Shown piece by piece: positions 10,721-22,490 of a stretch of 40,276 nucleotides of DNA (its first letter is position 1; each line of letters begins with the position of its first letter). The DNA is from Vicugna vicugna. Lineage: Eukaryota. A program made the position numbers and the translations under genes. Where the stretch lies: the NCBI GenBank assembly GCA_013265495.1, contig MU057577.1:7692-47967 (forward strand). The letters run 5' to 3'. A model generated the notes under the pieces. That model made no database searches. It saw only the letters and a list, made by a program, of their open reading frames with translations, and was not told where the DNA came from.

Positions 10721-10874
10721 CTGAATGGGGCTGGGGTCATGGGGTGAATGCAGACAGATCATGAGGAGGCACCTGCAGAGAGCAGAGGCCGAGGCAGCTA
10801 GACACAGAGTCAGATGGGGAGGCAGGAAACTGGAAGCAAGTGATTAAGAACACTGCCAACGTCTGGCAAAACCA

Positions 10875-11730
10875 ACTGAAGAAGACATCCAGATGGACGA
10901 CGAGCACATGAAAAGATGCTCAGCATCACCAATTGTTAGAGAAATGCAAATCAAAACTACGAAAAGGTATCACCTCACACCGGTCAGAATGGGCATCATT
11001 CAAAAGTCCACAGAAGACAAATGCTGGAGAGAATGTGGAGAAAAGGGAATGCTCCTTCACTGAGGGTGGGAACGTGGTTTGGTGCAGCCATTCTGGAAAA
11101 CAGTATGGAGATTCCTCACAAGACTAGGAATAGATCTACAATATGATGCATTAATCCCACATCTGGGCATATATCTGAAAGAAGATAGAATTTAAAAATA
11201 CACATGCACCCCAATTTTCACAGGAGCACTATTTACAATAGCCAAGACATGGAAACAACACCAATGTCCATCGACAAATGACTGGATAAAGAAGCTGTGG
11301 TATATTTATACAACAGAATACTATGCAGCCTTAAAAAAGAAAAAATAATGCCATTTGCAGCAACATAGATGGACCTGGAGAATGTCATTCTAAGTGAAGC
11401 CAGAAAGAGAAGGAAAAATATTGTATGATATTACTTATATGTAGAATCAAAAAAAAATCACATGAATGAACTTATCTACAAAACACAAACAGACTCACAG
11501 ACATAGAGAACAAACTTACAATTACCAGGTATTAAAGGGAGGGGGAAGGGATAAATTCTGATTTTGAAAATTGCACCTCTTGGGGAGTGCTGGAAATGTT
11601 AGCTATCATGAGTGTGGCAGTAGTTTCATGGGGGTAGATATGTATCAAAATTCATCAAAGTGTACATCTGAAATATGTGTAGTTTACTGTATAGGAACCA
11701 TACCACAATAAAAATTGTTTAAAAAAAAAG
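10875..11730 (+). mobile_element. LINE-1 ORF2 3' end joined to an older L1 3'UTR (copy A)
   Basis: gaagaagacatccagatgg...cacatgaaaagatgctca...tggaaaacagtatggagattcctc. Older 3' end from ~11573 ending aataaaaattgtttaaaaaa. Confidence 0.9.
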
Positions 11731-11849
11731 GAAATCAACATGAGAAGGATGCCAAGACCTCACACTAGGTGGTGTCCAGAAGGAAGGAATGGCTACTGAA
11801 GATCAAATATACTTAATTAATTACAGTAGAACCTACGGCCACTTGTTGG

Positions 11850-11990
11850 TGCTTAATGCATACTAGATAGATATGATGTTCTATATGTTTCTTATAACTA
11901 TCCTATAAGGAAGGCATTATGTCCACTTTACAGTTGAGGAATCTGTTATGTAAAGTAATTCGCTCCTATGTGGCAGGTCTTGGGCTATAA
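11850..11990 (-). mobile_element. MIR (counterpart ~36370-36510)
   Basis: cttacaactaccctgtaaggtaggcattatgcccattttacaggtgaggaaactgag in copy B. Confidence 0.65.
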
Positions 11991-14900
11991 TATCAAAGGC
12001 CAAGCAAAACCACCTGTATGATGAAGACCCCCAGGTGTTAATGAGGTAGGAGATGCAAGAGAAAAAGTGGAACAGCTGGAGGTGACTGCATGGTTTGAAG
12101 ACCGAGCAGAAGGAAAATGGATGCTTCCAGTGATATCTGACACAAAGAAAGGAGGAAGATGGTGAGTTCAAGCCTGGACATACCAGATGGCAAGTAAAAC
12201 CGCACCCACCAGGTGGAAATCTGGGTGATACAAAAGAAGCTTTCTAAGCAGTGGGCTCTCTGGCCAGCTGAGGCCATGAGGTGGGTCAGTAGTCCCAGAC
12301 CAGCACCGTGGGGCCCTCTCTTCGCTCATGAATATTGAGCTGAGAGGCACTTCCCGTCTTCAGCATTATGCTCTGCTTGGAAGAATGTGTATGATGCTCC
12401 TTCTGAAGTGATAAAAAAGGGCTCTTCTGCTCTGAACAAACACCTACAGTTATAAAGGGCAAATGGTTCTGTGTACTATTGAACTAAACAAGTCACTATT
12501 AAATAGAAAAAGCTCTATCACTGTCACTGATCTCCCCTTCCCCAAACACACTGATGTTGAGCAAATATTGAATAATTTTACCCCCTTATTGGTCTACTGA
12601 GAACACAGTTATTTCTGGGCAAAAAACTAAATGGAAGAAAACAGAGAGAAACTACAAATATAATCCTCGTTAAATTCCCCAACCTGTATCTTCTTTTCAT
12701 AACATAAAATAAGGTTATCTTTGCTGTGGGACAACTACATAAACGACTTCGAAGCTAATCAACTGAGGGACTCGGAAAGAAATTAAGCCAAAATGAATGA
12801 GATTAGGTGTCAGAAGTGAGAAAAGTTTCAGCATTTTTCTAATTGCACTTCACTCACCAGGCATCTGTTTTTCTTTAGGTTTTCCTTGTCCTTTTTCACT
12901 GAATCATATGACATGTTAAGTCACAAAGTATTACCTTTTTTTTTCATTTCTTCTAACCTACAGCTCCTTTCTATTAGGATTTATTAGGCTTTTGAGGCCA
13001 CTTTGTTAACACAAATGTCAGTATTTACACTCACTATTTTCTAATACTTAAATCTTAGAGGCTGATCAGAAGTAGGTTCAGGCATTTATTTTACAGTAAA
13101 TTTCACAGATGGTGCTACACATGCCCATGAAGAAGCATGGGATGCACAGCTGTCCCCCTTTAGTGATGTCAGCAACCAAAAAGGGACATGTCTAGACCCA
13201 TCACTTCTTTTAAGGGGCTGTAAAATTACAATATTTTTACATCTTCTGTATTTATTAGCAGAAGGAATTCTGTAATGAGAGAATTTCCTTTCATCAATTA
13301 AGTTACCCTAACAGAATTCATAAGGGAAAGACAGAATAAATGTTTGAATCTTTCTTTCTGTAAACAGTTTTTGAAATAAGGTGTTGCTCACTCACTGTCT
13401 TCCAAAGGTAACAAGTAAGGGATTTCTTTTTTTTTTCCACTATCATTAAACATTAGTTGGTGCCTTTGATCCACTGTGGATATCATTCTCTTCGATGCTC
13501 TAATTATCCAACAGAGAGCACTGAGCTCCTGAGTCCTCTGACACACCCCTGGGAGCCCTGGACAGCATCCCTGCCCTGCACCCTGTGATGTTAAGATATT
13601 CCAGCCTAGTCTAATTCAGTTTCTGCTCTAGAGCTGCCAGTGGCTGTATTTCCAAAGCTGTGGGTGCAGAGGGACCACACTGCTGATTGCTTAGTTTCTA
13701 AACAAACTTAGTGAAATTTTTGGAAATATGAATATTTTTTAAAAGATAAGATTTATTATGAATTCATGCTCATTCATACTGATCTTTCCAATTCTAATTT
13801 GAATTAATACCTTCTAATTTCTCTCTGCTGCTTTTCTCTCCTGTGTTGAAAATCCTGGTCTTCAGAGACAACTATCCAGTTACTCAGATGTTTTATTTCT
13901 CCTGCAATTCTAGCCAAGGTTGAGCAGGCTGAACTGAAGATACCTCAGGTGAGTCAAAAATTAAAGAGTGTCATTTTTCAGAAAAGGGCACATCCATGTT
14001 TTGGCTCATCTGTATAACCCAGGTCTCAGGTGGTTCATAAGTAAGGCATAGACATCCCATGAAAATACCTTCAGACTGCAGGCACGGAGTCACTGGATTT
14101 CAGGGGGAGCTTCAGAGGGGGAGGTGGAAACTGAGTGCACTTCGTGTATTGTTACTACTGCTTCCATGGCCATGGTGTGGGACGGCTGTGGCAGTCAAAG
14201 GCTAATGGGCCCCTCCTCTGTGATGGCACAGTGAATGAAGAAGCCATTTCTGAACAAAACCCACTGCTGAAGATTACATCGTAAATGGGAAAAACAGGTC
14301 ACAAACGCCTCATTTATTTTTCAGACTAGGGACAAGGTGGCTTATTTCTGCTCAAGGAGAGGTATACAAATGTATAAATACTTACATATCAATAAAGAAT
14401 AGAACCAACATAGGCCATGTTAGACAGTGTGCAGGTGCACCAAATTAGAATATATTTGATACTCAACAATATTAACTATCACGCAACTATCAGGCACTGG
14501 TTACAACCCTGGGGAATGAAAGATGAACAAGACACATTCACCAACTTTGGAGAAAAAGTAATGTGAGTCTGTTTGAATGATGGGCTACTTAAAACAAAAG
14601 TAAGAGTGAAAACTCATAGAGAAAGGGAGATCAATTCTTGAGGAGGAAGCAAAGTTTCAGTGAAGGAGCTAGTTAATATGTCAAGCAGAAGGTCTCTTTA
14701 GCTCACATGAGGCGAGGCCTGCCTCCATGATCGTAGGGTTTCATAAGGGCATAAACCACCATGGCTTAAAATATCAATGGGGCAGAGCATCCTTCAGCAG
14801 ATAACTGAACCTGACTTTCAGCCAGGTTGAAAGCAAAGATGATCCTGTGTCCCTACAGCTGTCAAACAGGACAAAGGGGCTTCTGTCACCAAGTTGTGCT

Positions 14901-16667
14901 AACCAGAGATAAGCAATTCTCCTTCTGCCTGGTTGGCTTAACCTGCTGGTGATTTGGTTTCCTTATTTAAGAATAGAAATACCCCTACCAGCACCCACAG
15001 TCTAGGAGACTGCAGAATGTCGATTATGGAAAGAACCTTAGAAATGGTTCATTCCATCCTCATAGCTGAGAAAAATCATGGCCTCAGATGTTAGNNNNNN
15101 NNNNNNNNNNNNNNNNNNNNNNNNNNNNNNNNNNNNNNNNNNNNNNNNNNNNNNNNNNNNNNNNNNNNNNNNNNNNNNNNNNNNNNNNNNNNNNNNNNNN
15201 NNNNNNNNNNNNNNNNNNNNNNNNNNNNNNNNNNNNNNNNNNNNNNNNNNNNNNNNNNNNNNNNNNNNNNNNNNNNNNNNNNNNNNNNNNNNNNNNNNNN
15301 NNNNNNNNNNNNNNNNNNNNNNNNNNNNNNNNNNNNNNNNNNNNNNNNNNNNNNNNNNNNNNNNNNNNNNNNNNNNNNNNNNNNNNNNNNNNNNNNNNNN
15401 NNNNNNNNNNNNNNNNNNNNNNNNNNNNNNNNNNNNNNNNNNNNNNNNNNNNNNNNNNNNNNNNNNNNNNNNNNNNNNNNNNNNNNNNNNNNNNNNNNNN
15501 NNNNNNNNNNNNNNNNNNNNNNNNNNNNNNNNNNNNNNNNNNNNNNNNNNNNNNNNNNNNNNNNNNNNNNNNNNNNNNNNNNNNNNNNNNNNNNNNNNNN
15601 NNNNNNNNNNNNNNNNNNNNNNNNNNNNNNNNNNNNNNNNNNNNNNNNNNNNNNNNNNNNNNNNNNNNNNNNNNNNNNNNNNNNNNNNNNNNNNNNNNNN
15701 NNNNNNNNNNNNNNNNNNNNNNNNNNNNNNNNNNNNNNNNNNNNNNNNNNNNNNNNNNNNNNNNNNNNNNNNNNNNNNNNNNNNNNNNNNNNNNNNNNNN
15801 NNNNNNNNNNNNNNNNNNNNNNNNNNNNNNNNNNNNNNNNNNNNNNNNNNNNNNNNNNNNNNNNNNNNNNNNNNNNNNNNNNNNNNNNNNNNNNNNNNNN
15901 NNNNNNNNNNNNNNNNNNNNNNNNNNNNNNNNNNNNNNNNNNNNNNNNNNNNNNNNNNNNNNNNNNNNNNNNNNNNNNNNNNNNNNNNNNNNNNNNACTC
16001 CCAGCAAGAATTAGTGAGGGTCAGTCACATTACTCCCTGCATGGGACTAAATAAGAATTAAAATTTTACCCTAAATAGCATGACTTGAGTTTACACTTGT
16101 TCATTCTACAATCCAGAACAAATATATTACTCTGTTCTCTTTCAAAAGGCTATTTTTACTTATGTACTCTTCTTACATTTTACAGATACTATTTTTCATA
16201 GAACAACTGAATTATATATTAGTTGCACATATGAATTGAATTAAGTATGCAAATAACAGGCTTGACAAAGAAAGATGCATTCTTTGAGATGCTGGAATGC
16301 TTGTATTATTCCCAGAACCATGCTAAATGCTCTAACTTGGTCTTGTCCTGAAGGACCTGATACTATGGACCAGGAAGCCCATATCTCTATTAACACATCC
16401 TCAGAGGCCTGCTTGTGAGCATGTCTGAATGTGCAACTGATCAGAGAGAGAGATCACATGGCAGGGACTAATCTTATCAGGAAGAAATACAAATGAACTC
16501 ATATACATTAGGGCACAGCCAGGATGACTTACATTTGAAGAGTAAGTAGTGGGAAGACATAGGTAAGAGTGGAGAAGGGATGGAAAAGTTCTTCCAGACA
16601 CATTTTTGCTCTAACAATTCCCTACTGTTACCCAACACAAGTTGCCACCTCTCTAATTCAAACAAAA

Positions 16668-19135
16668 AAGGGTGGTTCAACATACACAAATCAATCAATG
16701 TAATACATCAAATCAACAAGAGAAAGGACAAAAACCACATGGTCATCTCAATAGATGCAGAAAAAGCATTTGATAAAATTCAACACCCATTTATGATAAA
16801 AACTCTCAGCAAAGTGGGTATAGGGGAACATATCTCAACATTATAAAAGCTATATATGACAAACCGACAGACAGCATAATACTCAACAGTAAAAACCTCA
16901 TTCCCACTAAGGGACAAGACAAGGCTGCCCACTGTCATCACTCCTATTCAACATAGTCTTGGAAGTCCTAGCCACAGCAATCAGGCATGAGAGAGAGGTT
17001 AAAGGGATCAAAATCAGAGAAGAAGAGGTAAAAGTGTCAACTATATGCAGATGACATGATAATATAAATAGAAAAATCTAAAAGGTCCACACAAAAACTC
17101 CTAGAATAAATGAAGAATTCAGCAAGGTAGCAGGTTACAAGATTAACGTACAAAAATGAGTTACATTTCTTTACACTACACAGGTTACAAGATTAACGTA
17201 CAAAAATGAGTTACATTTCTTTACACTAATGATTAACCAAAAGGAAAAGAAAGTAAATAAACAATCCCCTTTAAAATAGCACCCAAATTAATAAAACACC
17301 TAGTCATTAAACTAACCAAGGAGGTGAAAGACTTACACATGGAGAACTAGAAAACACTGATTAAGGACATTAAAGAAGACTATTTTAAAATATTGATTCT
17401 TCCAATCCAGGAGCATGGGATGTCTTTCCATTTTGATAAAATAGTCACACTGCCCAAGGCAATCTACAGATTTAATGCAATCCGTATCAAATTACCTAGG
17501 ACATAGTTCATAGAAGTAGAACAAATCATAATCAAACTTATATGGAACCATAGAAGACCTAGAATTTACAAAGAATTACTTAAGAAAAAGTAAGAGGATG
17601 GAGGAATAAACCTTCCAGATTTCAGACAATCCTATAGAGTTACAGGCACCAAAACAGCATGGTATTGGTACAAAATCAGACTTATGGACCAATGGAAAAG
17701 AATAAAGAGCTCAGAAATGAACCCACTACCTTTTGGTCAACTAATTTTCGACAAAGGAGGCAAGAATAGACAATGGAATAAAGACAGTCTCTTCAGCAAA
17801 TGGTGTTGGGAATACTGGACAGCAGCCTGTAAATCAGTGAAGCTAAAAGAGTCCCTCACACTATACACAGAAACAAATTCAAAATGGATCAAAGACTTAA
17901 ACATAAGACAAGACACAATAAAACTCCAAGAAGAAAATATAGGCAAAACGTTATCTGACATACATCTCAAAACTGTTCTCCTACAGCACTCGACTCAAGC
18001 AACAGAAATAAAAGCAAGAATAAACAAATGGGACCTAATGAAACATACAAGCTTCTGCACAACAAAGGAAATCATAAGGAAAATGAAACGACAACCTACA
18101 GAACGGGAGAAAATTTTTGCAAATGAAACCGACAAAGGCTTGATCTCCAGAATATAGAAGCAACCCATATGAATTAATAAGAAAAAAACAAGCAATCCAA
18201 TCCAAAACTTGGCAAAAGACCTAAGCAAGCAATTATCCGAGGAAGACATACAAATGATCAATGATCATGAAAAAATGCACAGTATCACTAATTATCAGAG
18301 AAATATGAAACAAAATTAGAATCAGGTATCACCTCACATCAGGCAGAATGGCCATTATTCAAATGTCCACAAATAACAAATGCTGGAGAAGCTGTGGAGA
18401 AAAGGGAACAGTCCTACAGTGGTTGTGGGAATGCATCTTGGTGCAACCACTGTGGAAAACAGTATGGAGAATCCTCAAAAGACTAGGAATAGTGTTACTG
18501 TATGAACCAGGAACCCCGCTCCTGGGCATATATCCAGAAGGAAACCTACTTCAGGATGACACCTGCACCCCAATGTTCATAGCAGCATTATTTACAAAAG
18601 CCAAGATATGGTAACAGCCTAAAGGTCCATCAACAGATGACTGGATGAAGAACTGGTTTATTTATACAATGGAATACTACTCAGACTTAAAAACCAACAA
18701 CATCATGCCATTTCCAGCAACATGGATGCTCCTGGAGAATGTCATTCTAAGTGAAGTAAGCCAGAAAGAGAAGTAAAAATACCGTATGCGATCACTCATA
18801 TGTGGAATCTATACAAACAAACAAACAAACAAACAAAGCATAAATACAAAATAGAAATACACTCACAGACATAGAATGTAATCTTGTGGTTCCCACGGGG
18901 GTGGGGGGTGGGAAAACATAGACTGGGATTTCAGAATTGTAGAATAGATAAACAAGATTATATACTGTATAGCACAGGGAAATATATACAAGGTCTTACA
19001 GTAGCTCACAGAGAAAATCAATGTGACAATGACTATATGCATGTTCACGTATAAATGAAAAATTATGCTCTACACACGAATTTGACAGGATATTGGAAAA
19101 TGATTATGAATCAATAAAAAAAGGCTAAAAAAACA
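16668..19135 (+). mobile_element. 5'-truncated decayed LINE-1 (ORF2 RT to 3'UTR and A tail)
   Basis: ORF2 fragments [13 protein letters not shown]...[40 protein letters not shown] and [23 protein letters not shown]. Many stops and frameshifts. Ends tcaataaaaaaagg. Confidence 0.95.
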
Positions 19136-19137
19136 AA

Positions 19138-20050
19138 GACAGGATAAGGGAAATCCCACAATCTGAACATGACATAGAGAAGCAAGTGGAAACCAATGGA
19201 AGCCATGTATTTCAAACCTGAGATAATAAGAAGTATGCCATTCTATGAATCAAAGGGACCCCAGATGGAAAAGGAAGAGAAAAGGGTTTGGAAAAGGGAA
19301 TTGAAGGAATCAGAATAACATTTCCCAAACTGAATAAAGAATCAGCTCTCCTAATACAGGAAACACAGTGGGATCCAAACAAGAGAAACACAAAGAGACC
19401 TACAACAACACATGTTGTCATGAAAAGGACCTAATTTCATGATAAAGAAATGATTCTAAGTACACCAAAGTTAAAACAAGTCAATCACAAGAGAACCTCC
19501 ATCAGGCTTTCAGCAGATTTCTCAACACAAATGTCGCAGGCCAAGAAGGGAGTTCATAGAGAGAGACAAATCCCTGAATGAGAAGAACATGCAATCTAGC
19601 ATAACCTATGCCACAAGACAATACTTTACAATAACCGGAGAGATCAAAAGTTTCACAGACACGCAAACACGGAAACAATCTTGCAATAGGAAACTTACCC
19701 TGCAAGAAATATTGAGAATTTTAGACCCTGATGAGAAAAGAATCAGGATGACATAGAAATGAGAAAACCATCATTGGAAAGGCAATAACGGCAAGAATTT
19801 GCAAAAGAATAAACATAAAGTTGTAAAACACAGCATCAAAATCATTAAGGATGGGAGAGGGAAGCCAAGATATAGAGATTTGTTTCCATTCTTTTCAGGA
19901 TGTGTTTGAGATTATATAATCATCTGTTTAAAGACAACAGAGAGAGAAATGGGTTAATGTATTTGAGAATCATGGTGACCACAGAATAAAAGCACACAAT
20001 GGACTCACAAAAACCAAAGAGAAACCAAGGTAATAAAAAAGGAAACACTC
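19138..20050 (+). mobile_element. Decayed LINE-1 ORF1 3' half plus inter-ORF region
   Basis: Degenerate ORF1 motifs: ccagatggaaaaggaagagaaaaggg (PEGEEREKG-like), atacaggaaacacag (IQE.Q), atcaggctttcagcagatttctcaaca (IRLSADFST). Confidence 0.75.
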
Positions 20051-21639
20051 AAAAGGCAGTTAAGGTGTATTTAAGACACAGCGACCCAATATCACTGCTA
20101 GCAAATATTCTTCACACATGTTAAAACAACAGATTATTACAAAAAAAGTATGTATAAATGTTCAAAATGTGAATTCATACTAACGAATAATGTACTAACC
20201 CAAATGTCTATTATTATAAGAAGGGATAAATAGTTTCTGATACACTCTTACAGGCCATACATAAAGAATGAATGCATGGCATATTAAGCAATATGACTAG
20301 TATGAAGGTCATATTCATATAAAGAAGATGTTGCATGCAAAAATAGGACTGAGAGAAAACGGGCAGCCACTAACCTGTGAACCGGGATGGATTTCCTGTC
20401 TATGAAATTGAGATTTGTATATTCTTGACTTCCAATTCAATGGATTCATGGAATATGTGATCATCAATGTTTGTCTTCTTTTATTTAGAATTGTTCTCAA
20501 GTCCGGATATTCATTAACAGAAGGTTACATAAACTGGAAGGAAATATTCAAAAAATTTTTCTTACACATTATATGTTCTCTTTGTACTTATCTAGCAAAC
20601 ATGGTAAAACATTACCACTATGCATTCCTAAAATTTTGAACATTCAAATTTGAATACATTTCTGAAATCAATTTGCTTGTAAGGGTAAAATAGGCTAAAA
20701 TTCCAAAATTATTGCCAACACTAATTAAGGAAAACAGGGAGCAATCAAAAGGTCTACAGCAACTGAAACAGGATCTCAAGCTCCAATCTCAAGTCTGACT
20801 ATTTGGGCGAAAATAAGTACTGGCTTCACCTCCAAACAGCTTCGCATCATAAAGACAGCTGTCTCTGGCCTTTCCCTCTCTACAGGTGGCAGTTCAGGTA
20901 ACATGAGATAACTTACCAAGCACAGTATCTGACATGCAGTGTTCACAAATGGTTTGCTTCCTTCATTCAACACAAGAGACACACTCCCATGAAGGCTGAG
21001 GTGGAAGGGAGCCTCCAAGTCCACAAGTCTCCATCAGCACAAAAGACGACAGGTGCTTGGTTCTACTTAAAACAACAAATCAATAACTTCACCATCACCA
21101 CCATTCCATGGACGCTTCTGAGTGGTCTCAAACCAGACCCAGGAGCCTGCACTTGCTCCTTCAAGAACTCCATCTGGGCTGCATACACACTGAGCGCTGA
21201 AGCCTTAGAAGGAAAAGCCCGCAGACAATATCCTAAGACATCTAGATGCCTTTCTGCTAGTAGGAAAGTTCAGTCGGGCTCAAAGTGGGGCGGTGGCGGG
21301 GGGAGCGTTAACTGAGGTCGAAAACCAAATGACTCTTGATGAAATCAAGACAGTGATGCTGAATTACCCTTCCTGAACCGCGAACAGTACCACAGCAGAA
21401 TCCATTTGGGAAGTTCAGGTTTGAAACTTTCCACACCAACACTGCTGCCACTTCATGCTTTCAAGAAATCTTACTCAGGAGAGAACCACTGGCACCTCGG
21501 AAGGTTCTGAAGATAAGCCGTCAGCAGGAAACACAGGTGAGGGGACGAAATGAGACAATCATCCTTGGTTTCTGCACACAGGCCACTGCCAACCAATTGC
21601 CTGACGATGTCCGCAACCGCCTTGAACATCTGAAGGAAT

Positions 21640-22490
21640 TGGCGGCTTCACTCGGGGTGGTCAAGGGAAGGCCGCGACGGGTGCACCCTGGGGCGCGGAC
21701 ACAAGTTCCCGTCCTGGGGGTCACGAAGGGCCCCGGCGGGGCGCGGCCCCCACGCCCTGAGCCCCTCCCCGACTCCCCGCGCTGAGCGAGGGCCGACCTG
21801 GAAGCTGCGGGAGCAAAGCCCCAGCAAGAGCGGCCAGGCCCTGCTCCAGACCCCGGACACGCAGAAAACTGGGCGGCTTGGCAGGGGTCGGGGTCGGCGC
21901 TGGAATCAGGGTCGAGGGTCCTTGGCCAAGGCCGGAGCTGTGAACGCAGAGGTCGGGTGAGAAGCTGCGTGGGGGTGCACGGCCGGCACACGGGGTGCGG
22001 ACAATCACCACATCATGCCTCAGGATCCTTCCCCGATGAACCAGAGGTTGCTGTAGGGCGGCCCCACGTCGCACGCCTGCCCGCGGACCATGTCGGAGAC
22101 CGTGTACCCCTCCGCCGGCATCTCCGTCGCCTTCGCCGCCGCCACCGCCACGACCACAACCGCCGCTGCCGCCTCCATGGAAACCGACGCGGACGCCACC
22201 GGCGCCGCCAACCCGCTGGGCTGGACCCTCCGCGGCCGCCGCTCGGCTCAAGCTGCGACCGCCAAAGGGACCGCGCCGCTGCCTGTGCAGCCACCGCCGC
22301 TGGCAGGCGGGAGGAGGGACAGCGGCGCTCAGAAGAGCCCGGGGCCGATGGGAACAACTGCCTCCTGCCAGCCTGACTGAGCAAGGGGCGGGCCGGCGGC
22401 CGGGGCAGGGGCGTGGCCGAGGAGGGCACGGGGGCGGGGCCGGGCTGCGTGCACGGGGAGTGGCTCCTTCATCCAGGGGGCGGGGCTGAA
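21640..22490 (-). promoter_or_regulatory. CpG island: MAPK1-derived promoter, 5'UTR and start of intron 1
   Basis: Very high GC and CpG content. GC boxes GGGGCGGGGC near 22431 and 22477. The reverse complement of 22200-22400 resembles the MAPK1 5'UTR as I recall it (gtcaggctggcagg, ggctgcacaggcagcggcgcggtccct, gagcggcggccgcggag). Confidence 0.85.
22009..22178 (-). pseudogene. MAPK1: MAPK1 (ERK2) exon 1 coding part, unprocessed duplicate with premature stop
   Basis: MEAAAAVVVVAVAAAKATEMPAEGYTVSDMVRGQACDVGPPYSNLWFIGEGS*GMM versus ERK2 [39 protein letters not shown]. TGA at 22022-22020 replaces the Gly-loop Tyr. Similarity ends at a phase-2 donor TG|gtgatt, the MAPK1 exon 1 boundary. Confidence 0.92.

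Larger units (their letters stand above)
5148..15094 (+). repeat. Segmental duplication copy A
   Basis: Collinear with 29611-39674 throughout, sharing SINE, L1, MIR, L2 and microsatellites. About 90% identity in spot checks. Ends at an N gap. Confidence 0.97.

Noticed and set aside
12858..12898. Possible minus-strand exon (donor gtgagt; 37386-37431 in copy B)
   Set aside because: The acceptor lacks a pyrimidine tract, length differs by 5 nt between copies, and the B donor is GC. Too weak to call, but worth rechecking once the host gene is known.
15078..16061. ORFs of 307-327 aa
   Set aside because: Almost entirely N gap. The same applies to ORFs crossing the other three gaps.
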